The notes: a model not told the origin generated them from the letters alone. DNA of 64,000 nucleotides from an uncultured Candidatus Saccharibacteria bacterium (GCA_964345445.1 CAYFQT010000026.1:5685-69684), one strand, 5' to 3'. Shown: positions 30,340-40,625, numbered from the stretch's first letter. Translations and numbers: made by a program.

Positions 30340-30425
30340 AAGAACGTGGAATTTCGCATCAAAGTAGAAAGTTTTAAATCTCACTCGAGGTTTTCTACTA
30401 ATACTTTGATGCGCCATGTTCTTTT
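30340..30425 (+). terminator. long imperfect hairpin with T-run (rho-independent terminator)
   Basis: GAACGTGGAATTTCGCATCAAAGTAGAAA...TTTCTACTAATACTTTGATGCGCCATGTTC followed by TTTTTATATAT. Confidence 0.55.
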
Positions 30426-30541
30426 TATATATTTTTATAAATTAAATTTGACAAATCAAACTGAGCTTGACAAACAATTCTTGATATAATATATTTAGAT
30501 ATCCTGATAAAATTTGGGAAAATTTGCACTTTAAAAAGGTG

Positions 30542-30721
30542 ATGAAAAAAATGAGTCAGAAAAAGTCAAAAGAAGAAGAAATTTGCCCAACTTGCAGAGG
30601 TAAAGGAAAAATTAATATTGGAATTGGTAGAATTCCTGGACATACCCATTTTCATTCTATAGGTACTAAAGAATGTCCTGATTGTAAAGGTACAGGAAAA
30701 GTGCAAAAAGAGAAATCTTAA
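30542..30721 (+). CDS. mini DnaJ-type zinc-finger protein (two CxxCxGxG repeats)
   Basis: CPTCRGKGKI and CPDCKGTGKV. Start uncertain (30524, 30542 or 30551). Confidence 0.4.
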   Translation: MKKMSQKKSKEEEICPTCRGKGKINIGIGRIPGHTHFHSIGTKECPDCKGTGKVQKEKS

Positions 30722-30725
30722 GAAG

Positions 30726-30956
30726 TTGAAGAATATGACAACAATAGATTCTTATTCTAGTCCTAATACTAAATGTTCTTATCTATATTGTAGTCGTGAG
30801 TTTAAAAATGGTGAGAGAATTCTACTTTCAGAAGATGGAGAAACTTTTTGCTTTGATAGAATATGTGGCAATCTTCAATCAGTAAAGGAGTCAAAAACAG
30901 TACATATAGATAGAGTAAGATTTTTTCAGGAAAATATTGAGAAAGGAATGATTTAA
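30726..30956 (+). CDS. small zinc-ribbon-like protein
   Basis: C..YC...(24 aa)...C....C spacing. 76 aa. Tightly packed with neighbours. Confidence 0.3.
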   Translation: MKNMTTIDSYSSPNTKCSYLYCSREFKNGERILLSEDGETFCFDRICGNLQSVKESKTVHIDRVRFFQENIEKGMI

Positions 30957-30957
30957 A

Positions 30958-31311
30958 ATGAAAGATGGTTGTGAGAAAGGATATGGAAAGCATTGTTTTA
31001 AATGTAATTCAAAAAATCGTCTGTTTTCTTTAGTAAATACAGGGGCAGGGATGGATACAGAAATGTTAGAAGATTTTGGTAAGAGACAAATTGCAATAAA
31101 TTGTTCGTGTCTTGAAGGTTATTTAGTTTTAGAACTAAATAAGAAAGAAATTTATAAATTAAGTAATAGTAAAGTAAGGGAGTTAAGTGAAGAGATAGTT
31201 AATAATAAATTAATAAAAGCAGACGATGTTCAGTCATACCTTGATAAATATGGAGATAAGGTATCAATTGAGGTTCTGCAGCCTTGTAGAATCTTTCCAC
31301 CTTATCCCTAG
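30958..31311 (+). CDS. small cysteine-containing hypothetical protein
   Basis: MKDGCEKGYGKHCFKCNS...INCSC. 117 aa. Start overlaps the previous stop (ATAA...ATG). A terminator hairpin at 31338-31389 (GAGACCC...GGGTCTC + T6) follows. Confidence 0.35.
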   Translation: MKDGCEKGYGKHCFKCNSKNRLFSLVNTGAGMDTEMLEDFGKRQIAINCSCLEGYLVLELNKKEIYKLSNSKVRELSEEIVNNKLIKADDVQSYLDKYGDKVSIEVLQPCRIFPPYP

Positions 31312-31628
31312 TGAAAAATATTGAGAATTTTGGGTGTGGAGACCCCGGTGCTTTGCACTGATATACACTATAAAGGGTCTCTTTTTTGTTTAATTATATT
31401 AAGTACCCAAAATATCTAGTAGTTAGTGTTATAATATTTTTTTATCTTTTAATTTAAAATAAATAACATTAGATCACAAAATTCAGCTATCGCATATTTT
31501 TGTGACAATGGAAGTTGTATAACCGAAGATTATTGGATTATTAGTATCTAAAATTATCCAAGAGTGTTATAATATTTTTAGAATATATTTTTTATAAAGA
31601 TTAAAATTAGCACCTTTGGTGTAGAATT

Positions 31629-32264
31629 ATGAAAAAAATTATTCCTCATACAAAACAAGAAAGAAATCTTATATCCTGTGGCTATAATATTATAGCTGGA
31701 GTTGATGAAGTGGGGAGAGGTTCTTGGGCAGGACCTTTGGTGGCTGCAGCAGTGATATTACCAATGGATAGAAGATTATACAAAATAAGAGATTCTAAAA
31801 GACTAAATTTTAAAATACGAGAAGAAATGTATAAAAAAATAAAACAGGGAGCTAAATCTATTGGTATTGGGCAAACAACGGAAGAAGAAATTGACGAATT
31901 GGGTTTATCTCAGGCTATAAAATTGACAGGAGCAAGAGCTTTGGAAGATTTAGATATCCAGCCTGATTTTGTTTTATTAGATGGTAATTGGAATTATTTA
32001 AAAGAAAGAGTAGAATGTCAGGTTGTTACAGGAGGAGACAGTTTATGTTTGTCTATTGCCTGTGCTTCGATTATTGCCAAAGTAACTAGAGATAGATTAC
32101 TTATTGCCTATCATAGCAAATATCCTCAATATGATTTTAAAAACAATAAAGGATATCCTGCACCAAAACATAAAGAGGCTTTAAAAAAAATAGGACCATG
32201 TAAGATTCATAGAAAATCTTATGCTCCCATTAAAATATTAATAGGGAATAAATATGATAGATAA
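31629..32264 (+). CDS. rnhB: ribonuclease HII
   Basis: Active-site region AGVDEVGRGSWAGPLVAAAV and DSK motif. 211 aa. Confidence 0.85.
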   Translation: MKKIIPHTKQERNLISCGYNIIAGVDEVGRGSWAGPLVAAAVILPMDRRLYKIRDSKRLNFKIREEMYKKIKQGAKSIGIGQTTEEEIDELGLSQAIKLTGARALEDLDIQPDFVLLDGNWNYLKERVECQVVTGGDSLCLSIACASIIAKVTRDRLLIAYHSKYPQYDFKNNKGYPAPKHKEALKKIGPCKIHRKSYAPIKILIGNKYDR

Positions 32265-32628
32265 AAGATTATTAGGGCAGGAAGTTGAAGAAAAAGCTAC
32301 AGAATATTTAAAAAATCAAGATTATGAAATTATTGATAGAAATTTTCAATGTAAAATTGGAGAAATTGATATCATAGCCCGTCAAGGCAAAACTATTATT
32401 TTTATAGAAGTAAAGTCAAAAACAGGTTCAGGATTTGGTTCACCTGAGGAAATGGTTACAGAACGTAAACAACATAAAATAATTAGAACAGCAGAATATT
32501 ACTTAAAACAGAAAGAGCAAGAAGATACATCTTGGAGGATTGATGTAATTGCAGTAGAATTAGGTATAAAAGGAGAGATAAAAAGAATAGAATTAATTAA
32601 GAATGCTGTGCATAGGAATTCCTCTTGA
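32254..32628 (+). CDS. yraN: YraN/UPF0102 family endonuclease-like protein
   Basis: GQEVEEKATEYLKNQDYEIIDRNFQCKIGEIDIIARQG..IIFIEVKSK matches UPF0102. It overlaps the rnhB stop, as is common. Confidence 0.7.
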   Translation: MIDKRLLGQEVEEKATEYLKNQDYEIIDRNFQCKIGEIDIIARQGKTIIFIEVKSKTGSGFGSPEEMVTERKQHKIIRTAEYYLKQKEQEDTSWRIDVIAVELGIKGEIKRIELIKNAVHRNSS

Positions 32629-32715
32629 CATTTGGTTTTTAGAATGCTATGTTTGATATAGAATGGTTTATGAAAAAGTGGGTTTTGGCCCACTTTGTTT
32701 TGACTTAAGAGGCCT

Positions 32716-32775
32716 ATTTCCAGTCGCTTGCAGCGACTGGAACGGCCCATTCACCCTGCTGAGCAGGGTGAAATA
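32716..32775 (+). promoter_or_regulatory. two strong GC-rich hairpins in the nusA leader
   Basis: CCAGTCGC-ttgc-AGCGACTGG and TCACCCTGC-tga-GCAGGGTGA, immediately before the nusA RBS. Confidence 0.4.
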
Positions 32776-32786
32776 GGGGAAAATAT

Positions 32787-33965
32787 ATGATTCAAACAAA
32801 ATTTATGGCTGCTATCAATCAAATTTGTGATGAAAAGGACTTACCAAAAGATGTTGTAATTTCTACTGTAGAGGCAGCTTTAGCGGCTGCTTATAGAAAA
32901 GATTATGGAAAAAAGAATCAGGAAGTTGAAGTAAAAATTAATGAAAAAACAGGTAATGTTTCAGTATTTGTCATTAAAGAAGTAGTAGATGAGGTAGAAG
33001 ATCCTTTTATTCAAATTTCTTTATCTGAGGCTAAGAAAAATAAAAAAAATGTCAAAATAGAGGATAAAATAAAAATTGAACAGACCCCATCCGATTATGG
33101 AAGAATAGCTGCTCAGACAGCTAAACAGGTTATTATTCAAAGAATCCGAGAGGCTGAGCGTGATTTGATATACAATGAATATAAAGATAAAGAAAATACT
33201 CTTTTAACTGGTATGGTTCAAAGAATGGAAGGTAGAAATGTTATAGTAGATATTGGAAGAACATACGGGATAATTTTTCCTTCTGAGCAGATTCCTGGCG
33301 AAAAATATTATATCGGTGAAAGAATTAAAGTTTATGTTTTAGGTGTAGAACAATCTAATAAAGGTTCACAAATTACTTTATCTCGTGCTCATCCTGGATT
33401 TATTAGAAGATTATTTGAATTGGAAGTTCCTGAAATTTTAGCTGGTGCAGTAGAGATAAAATCTATTGCTCGAGAGGCAGGATCTCGCTCTAAAGTAGCC
33501 GTAACTTCTTCTCGCGAAGGGGTTGATCCAGTAGGTTCTTGTGTAGGTCAGAGAGGAACTAGAGCCCAGGCCATTATAGCTGAATTAGGCAATGAGAAAG
33601 TTGATATAGTTTTATGGGACTCTGATCTAACTAAATATATAGCCAATGCTCTATCACCAGCTAAAGTTTCTGATATAAAAATTAATAAACAGAAAAAAGA
33701 AGCTAAGATAATTGTACCTGCTGATCAACTTTCTTTGGCTATCGGAAGAGAAGGGCAGAATGTTCGTTTGGCTGCTAGACTTACAGGTTGGAAGATTGAT
33801 ATCAAGGGAGCTGAGGAGGAAGCTGCAACCGCCCCGAAAGAAACAGAGCCGGCAAAGACGCAAAGAGATTCTAAAGATGTAAAAAATCAAAAGAAAGAAC
33901 CGAAAGAGCCTACAAGTAAAAAGAAAGAAGAATCTAAGGAGACTAAAGAAGAGGGAAAGAAATAA
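32787..33965 (+). CDS. nusA: transcription termination/antitermination factor NusA with K/E-rich C-terminal tail
   Basis: N-terminal domain, S1 domain and KH1/KH2 (GxxG: IGREGQNVRLA). 392 aa. Confidence 0.9.
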   Translation: MIQTKFMAAINQICDEKDLPKDVVISTVEAALAAAYRKDYGKKNQEVEVKINEKTGNVSVFVIKEVVDEVEDPFIQISLSEAKKNKKNVKIEDKIKIEQTPSDYGRIAAQTAKQVIIQRIREAERDLIYNEYKDKENTLLTGMVQRMEGRNVIVDIGRTYGIIFPSEQIPGEKYYIGERIKVYVLGVEQSNKGSQITLSRAHPGFIRRLFELEVPEILAGAVEIKSIAREAGSRSKVAVTSSREGVDPVGSCVGQRGTRAQAIIAELGNEKVDIVLWDSDLTKYIANALSPAKVSDIKINKQKKEAKIIVPADQLSLAIGREGQNVRLAARLTGWKIDIKGAEEEAATAPKETEPAKTQRDSKDVKNQKKEPKEPTSKKKEESKETKEEGKK

Positions 33966-33991
33966 CTAATAACTAATTAAGGGGGTTTAAT

Positions 33992-36514
33992 ATGGATTCT
34001 AAAAATTATAAACAATTTGATAAATTTACTACAAATGCTAAAAAAGCTTTAATTGCTGCTCAAAAAGAAGCCAAAAAATTAGGTAATTCTTATATAGGCA
34101 CAGAGCATTTACTTTTGGGCATTCTTCTTCAAAGAAGAAGTTTGGGAGCAGATATATTAGGTAGTTTCGGGGTAGATTTAGAAAAACTTTATTTGGTTTT
34201 AGATTTTACTCCAGGAGGAATTGTTGAGACAAAGACAGAAAAAGGTCTTTCTTTACATGCTAAAAGAGCTATTGAAATTGCTGTGGATATGGCTAGAAAA
34301 TATAATCATTTTTATATAGGCACAGAGCATTTACTTTTAGGATTACTATCTCAAAAAAATTCTGCCTGTTATGTAATTTTAAAAAGCATTAAAGTTAATC
34401 CAGAAAAAATTAAATCATCCATAGAAGGTTTATTTAAAAGATCAGCCTCAGAAGATCAGTTTCAGCTAGAGGAGAAAATGATTCCTGCGGGAATGAAATT
34501 TCCATCTCCACCCATAAAAAGCAGAAAAAAGACCCCTGCTTTAGATTATTTTAGTACTGATTTAGTAAAACAGGCCAAATCTGGCGAATTGGATCCTACA
34601 ATTGGAAGAGAAAAGGAAATTGAGCGAGTAATTCAAATTTTAAATCGTCGAACTAAAAATAACCCTGTTCTTTTAGGTGAACCAGGGGTAGGTAAGACAG
34701 CTATTGTAGAAGGTTTAGCCCAAAGAATTATAGAAGGTAATGTACCTGATAATTTGCTTGGAAAAAGAATATTAGTTTTAGATTTAGCTTCTATGATTGC
34801 GGGAACTAAATATCGAGGAGAATTTGAGGAGAGGATTAGAAAAGTGATTGAAGAAGTTAAAAAATCAAACGATGTAATCTTATTTATTGATGAAGTACAT
34901 ACAGTTGTTGGTGCTGGTGCTGCTGAGGGAGCATTAGATGCGGCTAATATTTTAAAACCATCTCTGGCTCGAGGAGAATTGCAATGTATTGGTGCAACAA
35001 CACAAGATGAATATAGAAAGTATATTGAAAAAGACGCAGCTTTAGAACGAAGATTCCAACCAGTAGTTGTGGAAGAAAATACAGTTGAAGAGACTATTTC
35101 TATATTAAAAGGGATTAGGAAAAATTATGAGGACTTTCATAAAATTATCATTACAGATAGTGCTATTGAATCTGCGGCTAAGTTTTCCAAAAGGTATATT
35201 TCAGATAGATTCTTGCCAGACAAAGCAGTGGATTTAATAGATGAGGCCGCTTCGAAAGTTCGGGCTAAGCTCAAACACCCTTCTAAACAAATTAAAGAAT
35301 TACAGGGAAAAATTAAAAAAATAGCTTCCAAAAAAGAACAAGCTGTATCAGAGCAAAATTATGAAGAAGCAGCAAAACTTAGAGATTATGAGGAGAGATT
35401 AAAAGCTGAATCCAAACGACTACGTCTAGGAAAGACTAAAGAAAAAGAGAGTAAGAAAATTGAAATTACTGCTGAGGATATAGCAGAGGTAGTTTCTTCT
35501 TGGACAGGAATTCCTATAACTCGACTTATAAAAACTGAAATGGAAAATCTACTCAAATTAGAAAAAATTTTGAAACAAAGAATTATTGGTCAGGATAAAG
35601 CAGTAGAAACTGTGGCTAAATGTGTCAGAAGAGGAAGAATAGGTATCTCTGATCCTAAACGTCCTTTGGGCTCTTTTATCTTTTTAGGGCCTACAGGGGT
35701 AGGGAAGACTGAACTGGCTAAAACTTTAGCTTCTAAGATTTTTGAATCAGAAGATGCTTTAGTAAAAATCGATATGTCTGAATTTATGGAAAAACATAAT
35801 GTTTCCAGGCTTGTTGGTGCTCCCCCAGGGTATGTAGGATATGAAGAAAGTGGAAAATTAACTGAAGCAGTAAGGCGTAAACCATATTCAGTAATATTGT
35901 TGGATGAGATAGAAAAGGCTCATCCTGATGTATTTAATATACTCCTGCAGATTTTAGAAGATGGATGTTTAACTGATGCTAAAGGTAAAAAAGTTGATTT
36001 TAAAAATACAGTAATTATTATGACTTCCAATATAGGTATAAAAGAGTTAAATCGGGAAGCTAAGGTAGGATTTCAGGCAACAGAAAAGAACCAAAAGGAA
36101 GAAATAGAGAAAAGTTATCATAGAATAAAAGAAAAAGTATTAACAGAGGTTAAGGATGTTTTTAGACCAGAGTTTCTAAATCGAGTAGATAAAGTTATTG
36201 TTTTTAAACCACTAGATCAAAAAGCTATTAGGCAAATTGTTAGTCTTCAACTTTATGATTTGCAAAAAAGATTAGAAGAAAAGAAAATAACTTTGCAATT
36301 TTCTCCTAAGGCTAAAAATCTGTTGGCCGAGCGTGGTTTTGATTCAGAAAATGGTGCTAGGCCTCTGCGTAGAGTAATTCAAGTTTTAATAGAAGATCCT
36401 TTAGCTGAAGGGTTGCTATCTGGTGAATTTTCAGAAAGAGAAACTGTCAAAGTAACAAGAGATAAAGATAATATAAAATTAAAACCAATAAAGAAAAAGA
36501 TAGCTGTTAAATAA
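33992..36514 (+). CDS. clpC: ATP-dependent Clp protease ATP-binding subunit ClpC (class III stress response-type)
   Basis: Two Clp_N repeats, Walker A GEPGVGKT and [11 protein letters not shown]-like linker ([14 protein letters not shown]) and ClpB-D2 small domain. Confidence 0.85.
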   Translation: MDSKNYKQFDKFTTNAKKALIAAQKEAKKLGNSYIGTEHLLLGILLQRRSLGADILGSFGVDLEKLYLVLDFTPGGIVETKTEKGLSLHAKRAIEIAVDMARKYNHFYIGTEHLLLGLLSQKNSACYVILKSIKVNPEKIKSSIEGLFKRSASEDQFQLEEKMIPAGMKFPSPPIKSRKKTPALDYFSTDLVKQAKSGELDPTIGREKEIERVIQILNRRTKNNPVLLGEPGVGKTAIVEGLAQRIIEGNVPDNLLGKRILVLDLASMIAGTKYRGEFEERIRKVIEEVKKSNDVILFIDEVHTVVGAGAAEGALDAANILKPSLARGELQCIGATTQDEYRKYIEKDAALERRFQPVVVEENTVEETISILKGIRKNYEDFHKIIITDSAIESAAKFSKRYISDRFLPDKAVDLIDEAASKVRAKLKHPSKQIKELQGKIKKIASKKEQAVSEQNYEEAAKLRDYEERLKAESKRLRLGKTKEKESKKIEITAEDIAEVVSSWTGIPITRLIKTEMENLLKLEKILKQRIIGQDKAVETVAKCVRRGRIGISDPKRPLGSFIFLGPTGVGKTELAKTLASKIFESEDALVKIDMSEFMEKHNVSRLVGAPPGYVGYEESGKLTEAVRRKPYSVILLDEIEKAHPDVFNILLQILEDGCLTDAKGKKVDFKNTVIIMTSNIGIKELNREAKVGFQATEKNQKEEIEKSYHRIKEKVLTEVKDVFRPEFLNRVDKVIVFKPLDQKAIRQIVSLQLYDLQKRLEEKKITLQFSPKAKNLLAERGFDSENGARPLRRVIQVLIEDPLAEGLLSGEFSERETVKVTRDKDNIKLKPIKKKIAVK

Positions 36515-36520
36515 ACTATT

Positions 36521-37978
36521 ATGGTTAAAAATGTAATTTATATATGTGAGGAATGTGGGGGTTCTTTTCCTAAATGGATGGGGAAATGTCCTGAGTGTGG
36601 CAGGTGGAATAGTTTAGTAGAAACGATAACCCCCACTAGAAGGAAAAAATCAAGAGGTCAAGATTTAAAAAAAATAACTGTTGCAGAAAGACTGGATAAG
36701 ATTTCCACTTTAAAATTTGGAAGAGTTTCAACAGGTATTTTTGAGTTTGATAGAGTATTAGGAGGTGAAGGAACAAATCAGGGAATTGTGCCTGGATCAG
36801 TAGTTTTATTGGCTGGTGAACCAGGAATTGGAAAATCTACATTGCTATTACAAGTTTGTGGCAAGCTTGTAGAGAATAATCTAAGAGAAAAACACATAAC
36901 TCATAACAACACATCTCGGCAAAAGGCCAATCCCTCCCAGCCGGCAGGTGTGGCGCCTCTGGCGGGAACTCATGTCCTATATGTCTCTGGTGAGGAATCA
37001 TCTGGTCAGGTTAAACTTAGAGCAGACAGACTAGGCATTTCCTCCGGTAATCTTTTTATATTACCAGAAACAAATATTGATCAAATAATTTATACAATAG
37101 AAAAACAAAATCCTGCTTTAATTATTATTGATTCTATTCAGGCACTATATTCTCAGGAGATTGTTTCTCAAGCAGGGGCAATTCCTCAAGTTTATTTTTG
37201 CTCTTTGAGATTAAAAGATACAGCCAAAGAAAAGAAAATCCCTGTTTTTTTAATTGGCCATGTGACTAAAGCAGGAAGTATTGCTGGCCCTAAAGTTTTG
37301 GAACATTTGGTTGATGTTGTTTTATATTTAGAAGGAGAGAAATATCATACATATCGGATGCTTAGAAATATTAAAAATCGTTTTGGGCCCACCTCAGAAG
37401 TTGGTATTTTTGAAATGAAAGACAAAGGATTCTGCGAGGTAGAAAATCCATCAAAAGTTTTACTAGAAGAAAAATCTTCTACCGCTGGATCTGTTACTGT
37501 AGCTAGTTTGGAAGGAACTAGACCTATGTTGATAGAATTGCAGGCTTTGACATCAGCCACTTCTTTTGGTTATCCAAAAAGAACAGCTTCAGGTATAGAT
37601 TTTAATCGTCTCCAACTTCTTTTAGCTGTTCTTACAAAGAGAGCAGGACTTAGGCTTTTAAATCAAGATGTTTATTGTAATATTGTAGGTGGTTTTAAAA
37701 TTTCAGAACCAGCTTTAGATTTGGGAATTTGTTTGGCAGTAGCTTCTGCTTATAAAAACAAACCCGTTGATTCTAAGCTAGTTACATTTGGAGAAGTTGG
37801 TTTATCTGGTGATTTAAAAACAGTTTTTCATTCAGATGTAAGAATTTTTGAAGCAGAAAAATTAGGTTTTAAAAAAGCCCTAGTTCCTCAAAGTACTAGA
37901 TTAGAAGATTCAAAAAGAAAGATTAAAATATTAAGAGCTGGTGATATATCTCAAGCAATTAAAATAGCCCTTTTATAA
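36521..37978 (+). CDS. radA: DNA repair protein RadA (Sms), with a GC-rich in-frame insertion
   Basis: C4 zinc finger CEECGGSFPKWMGKCPECGRW, Walker A GEPGIGKST, KNRFG motif and a Lon-like C-terminal domain. Confidence 0.9.
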   Translation: MVKNVIYICEECGGSFPKWMGKCPECGRWNSLVETITPTRRKKSRGQDLKKITVAERLDKISTLKFGRVSTGIFEFDRVLGGEGTNQGIVPGSVVLLAGEPGIGKSTLLLQVCGKLVENNLREKHITHNNTSRQKANPSQPAGVAPLAGTHVLYVSGEESSGQVKLRADRLGISSGNLFILPETNIDQIIYTIEKQNPALIIIDSIQALYSQEIVSQAGAIPQVYFCSLRLKDTAKEKKIPVFLIGHVTKAGSIAGPKVLEHLVDVVLYLEGEKYHTYRMLRNIKNRFGPTSEVGIFEMKDKGFCEVENPSKVLLEEKSSTAGSVTVASLEGTRPMLIELQALTSATSFGYPKRTASGIDFNRLQLLLAVLTKRAGLRLLNQDVYCNIVGGFKISEPALDLGICLAVASAYKNKPVDSKLVTFGEVGLSGDLKTVFHSDVRIFEAEKLGFKKALVPQSTRLEDSKRKIKILRAGDISQAIKIALL

Positions 37979-38286
37979 TAAAATCAAAAATCAAAATTCA
38001 AAAATCAAAATGACAGATTAAAGTTTAAATTCAAGTAAAATTTTACATTTTGATATGTAATTTTGTCCCAAAGATGTCCAAGCTTGCTTGGTTACATCTT
38101 AGAGATCCCGTTAATTCAAAATCGTTTTATATTGTAGAGAAACGTTTATTGAGATACCCGTTTGGACATAAAGGGATCACTTAAAATTTACAAAATCAAA
38201 GATTTTGAATTTTTCGGGATACTTTACATTTTAAATTTTCATTTATTATATCTTTATCATATTTATTATTTGAAAGGAGAGTTTTT

Positions 38287-39243
38287 ATGTCTTTTATTTA
38301 TTATCTAATTGGTGCAATTATCCTTTGTGTTATCGTTGTTCTTTATTTTACTAAAAAATTAGTTCAGGTTTCCCTGGGCACTTTCTTTGCTGTTTTAACC
38401 GGAGTAATTTTAGGACTTTTAGTAGGAGCTTTATTTAGTATTCCTTTATCTAGGCTTCCTGGTAATTTAGGACAGTGGCTTCCTTTAGTGGTTAGTATTC
38501 TTCTTGCAATTGCCGGAGCTACTTTATTTATTTCTAAAAAACGAACAATCTATTCTGTTTTTCATAATTTTTTCTCGGGAGTTATAGAATTTGGTGAAAG
38601 GTTTAAAAAAGACAAAGAAAAAACAAAGCAGGAAGAGATGGGAGTTATTGTGGATACTAGTGTTTTAATTGATGGTCGAATTGAAGATATTGCTAAAATA
38701 GGATTTATTTCTGAGAGATTAATTATTCCTAGATTTGTTTTAGAAGAACTGCAAAAAATTGCTGATTCTGGGGAACCTTTAAGACGTAATAGAGGAAGAA
38801 GAGGATTGGAGATTTTAAATACTTTATCCAAAAAGTCTGATGTAGAAGTTCAGATTATAGATGATGATTTTCCCAAAATCTCTAAAGTAGATACTAAGTT
38901 AGTTAAATTAGCTAAAAAAAGAGGAGGGAAGATTTTAACTACTGATTATAATTTAAATAGGGTCGCTGAAATTCAAAAAGTGAAAGTATTAAATATTAAT
39001 GAGTTGAGCAATGCTATCAAAACTGTAGTTTTGCCAGGTGAAAAATTAGAAGTAAAAGTTATTCAGGAAGGAAAAGAAAAAGGACAAGGAGTAGGATACC
39101 TAGAAGATGGAACAATGATCGTTGTTGAAGGAGGAGATAAATATATTGGAGACACAGTGAAATGTGAAGTAACTAGAATTTTCCAGACTGTCGCGGGCAA
39201 AATGGTCTTTACAGATCCAAAAGGAGTAGTAAATAAAAAATAA
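38287..39243 (+). CDS. yacL: PIN/TRAM domain protein (YacL-like)
   Basis: N-terminal TM helices, PIN domain (VDTSVLIDGRI...), C-terminal TRAM. The clpC-radA-yacL order matches that known in low-GC Gram-positives. Confidence 0.7.
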   Translation: MSFIYYLIGAIILCVIVVLYFTKKLVQVSLGTFFAVLTGVILGLLVGALFSIPLSRLPGNLGQWLPLVVSILLAIAGATLFISKKRTIYSVFHNFFSGVIEFGERFKKDKEKTKQEEMGVIVDTSVLIDGRIEDIAKIGFISERLIIPRFVLEELQKIADSGEPLRRNRGRRGLEILNTLSKKSDVEVQIIDDDFPKISKVDTKLVKLAKKRGGKILTTDYNLNRVAEIQKVKVLNINELSNAIKTVVLPGEKLEVKVIQEGKEKGQGVGYLEDGTMIVVEGGDKYIGDTVKCEVTRIFQTVAGKMVFTDPKGVVNKK

Positions 39244-39399
39244 AAATGTTAGATACCCGTTCTCTAACAAGGTTGAGTCTTCGGACAAGGTTAATAGAGG
39301 TCTTCTATTAATTAATTCTTAAATTTTCTTTTATTCCCAGATCACAAAAAAATGCGATCGCACATCTTTGTGACGGAATTAAATTATATAAATTATAAA

Positions 39400-39440
39400 A
39401 GAAATTATCAAAAGTGAGTCAAAAGACTCACTTTTTGTTT
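39400..39440 (+). terminator. rho-independent terminator
   Basis: AAAAGTGAGTC-aaaa-GACTCACTTTT followed by TGTTTTGTT. Confidence 0.6.
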
Positions 39441-39587
39441 TGTTATAATATAATTACTCCTAAAGTTTTTCAAAATGGGGATTTGGTGGGAACCTAACAC
39501 ACACCGAATGTTTGCAAGTTATGAAATTTAACTTGATGAAAATTGGAAAACGGGGTATTTTTAGTATAGAGATAGAAAGGAGATAAT

Positions 39588-39713
39588 ATGGTTTGTAAAT
39601 CTATTATTAAAAATGAAAAATTGGATAAATTTTTGAATAAGGTTTTTTGGGTAGTGTTAGTGGTAGGAAGCGCAGCAATTGTAGGACTTTTGTGTTATAT
39701 TTATTGTATGTAA
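39588..39713 (+). CDS. 41-aa single-TM hydrophobic peptide (possible small membrane protein or toxin-like peptide)
   Basis: Strong RBS AAAGGAGATAAT-ATG. MVCKSIIKNEKLDKFLNKVFWVVLVVGSAAIVGLLCYIYCM*. Confidence 0.3.
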   Translation: MVCKSIIKNEKLDKFLNKVFWVVLVVGSAAIVGLLCYIYCM

Positions 39714-39923
39714 GAATATGGTTAAAACAGAATTTTTAAGCGGCCTTTCAGGTCGCTTTATAATATAATAAAAGATTTATAATTTAAATTAGTAGGGTCT
39801 ATTGAATACCCCGGCCGTCAGATCAAATAAACCTTTAATTATTTACTCAGTTTTTTATTTAAATAAAAATAAATATTTTGTCTCAGCAATCTACATTGCT
39901 GAAGTGAAGTTTAGGAAGATGAA

Positions 39924-40625
39924 ATGAGATTTAAGAAACTTTCCAGAAATTTTTATAATAGAAATACTTTAAGTATTGCTCAGGAGCTTTTGGGGAAATA
40001 TTTGGTAAGGCAAATAGGGCAGGAAGGTCAGGCAGGAAGGATTGTGGAGACAGAAGCCTATATTGGTCAGGATGATGATGCTTGTCACGCATCTCGTGGC
40101 AAGACAAGACGAAACGAAGTGATGTTTGGCTCTGCGGGCCATGCCTATGTTTATATGATTTATGGAATATATTGGTGTTTGAATATTGTAACAGAGAAAA
40201 AAAGATTTCCCGCTGCTGTTTTGATCCGTGCCTTAGAACCAGTAGAAAGTAGAAGGAATAGGGAATTAGAAATAAGTAATAAGGAATTAGTGATTAGGAA
40301 TAAGAAGCTTTTGAAAAATACGGGACAAGTAGGAATGAGTAGAATTAAGACAGATTCCATATTCCTTGGAACTAATACTTATACTCTCACTAATGGGCCA
40401 GGAAAGTTATGCCGGTGGATGAAAATTACCAAAGAATTAAATGGTGAAGATTTAGTAAATTCTGATAGATTATGGGTTGAAGATAGGAGAGAGAAAATTT
40501 TTAAAAAAGATATCATAAAAACCACCAGAGTAGGTGTTGACTATGCCCAAAATTCCAAAGGCCACCCCTGGCGGTTTTATATAAAGAACAGTCCTTTTGT
40601 TTCCAAAAAGATGAAATTTTTTTAA
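39924..40625 (+). CDS. mpg: DNA-3-methyladenine glycosylase (Mpg/AAG family) with an in-frame repeat-derived insertion
   Basis: IAQELLGKYLVR...GRIVETEAYIGQDD.ACHASRG.T.RN.VMFG.AGHAYVYMIYG...LN is canonical. An insert of about 35 aa precedes LTNGPGKLC. Confidence 0.8.
   Translation: MRFKKLSRNFYNRNTLSIAQELLGKYLVRQIGQEGQAGRIVETEAYIGQDDDACHASRGKTRRNEVMFGSAGHAYVYMIYGIYWCLNIVTEKKRFPAAVLIRALEPVESRRNRELEISNKELVIRNKKLLKNTGQVGMSRIKTDSIFLGTNTYTLTNGPGKLCRWMKITKELNGEDLVNSDRLWVEDRREKIFKKDIIKTTRVGVDYAQNSKGHPWRFYIKNSPFVSKKMKFF

Noticed and set aside
39345-39356. GCGATCGC (cyanobacterial HIP1-like octamer) at 39345 and 56757
   Set aside because: Only isolated copies inside larger palindromes. There is no sign of the high-frequency HIP1 distribution, and the low GC content argues against cyanobacterial origin.
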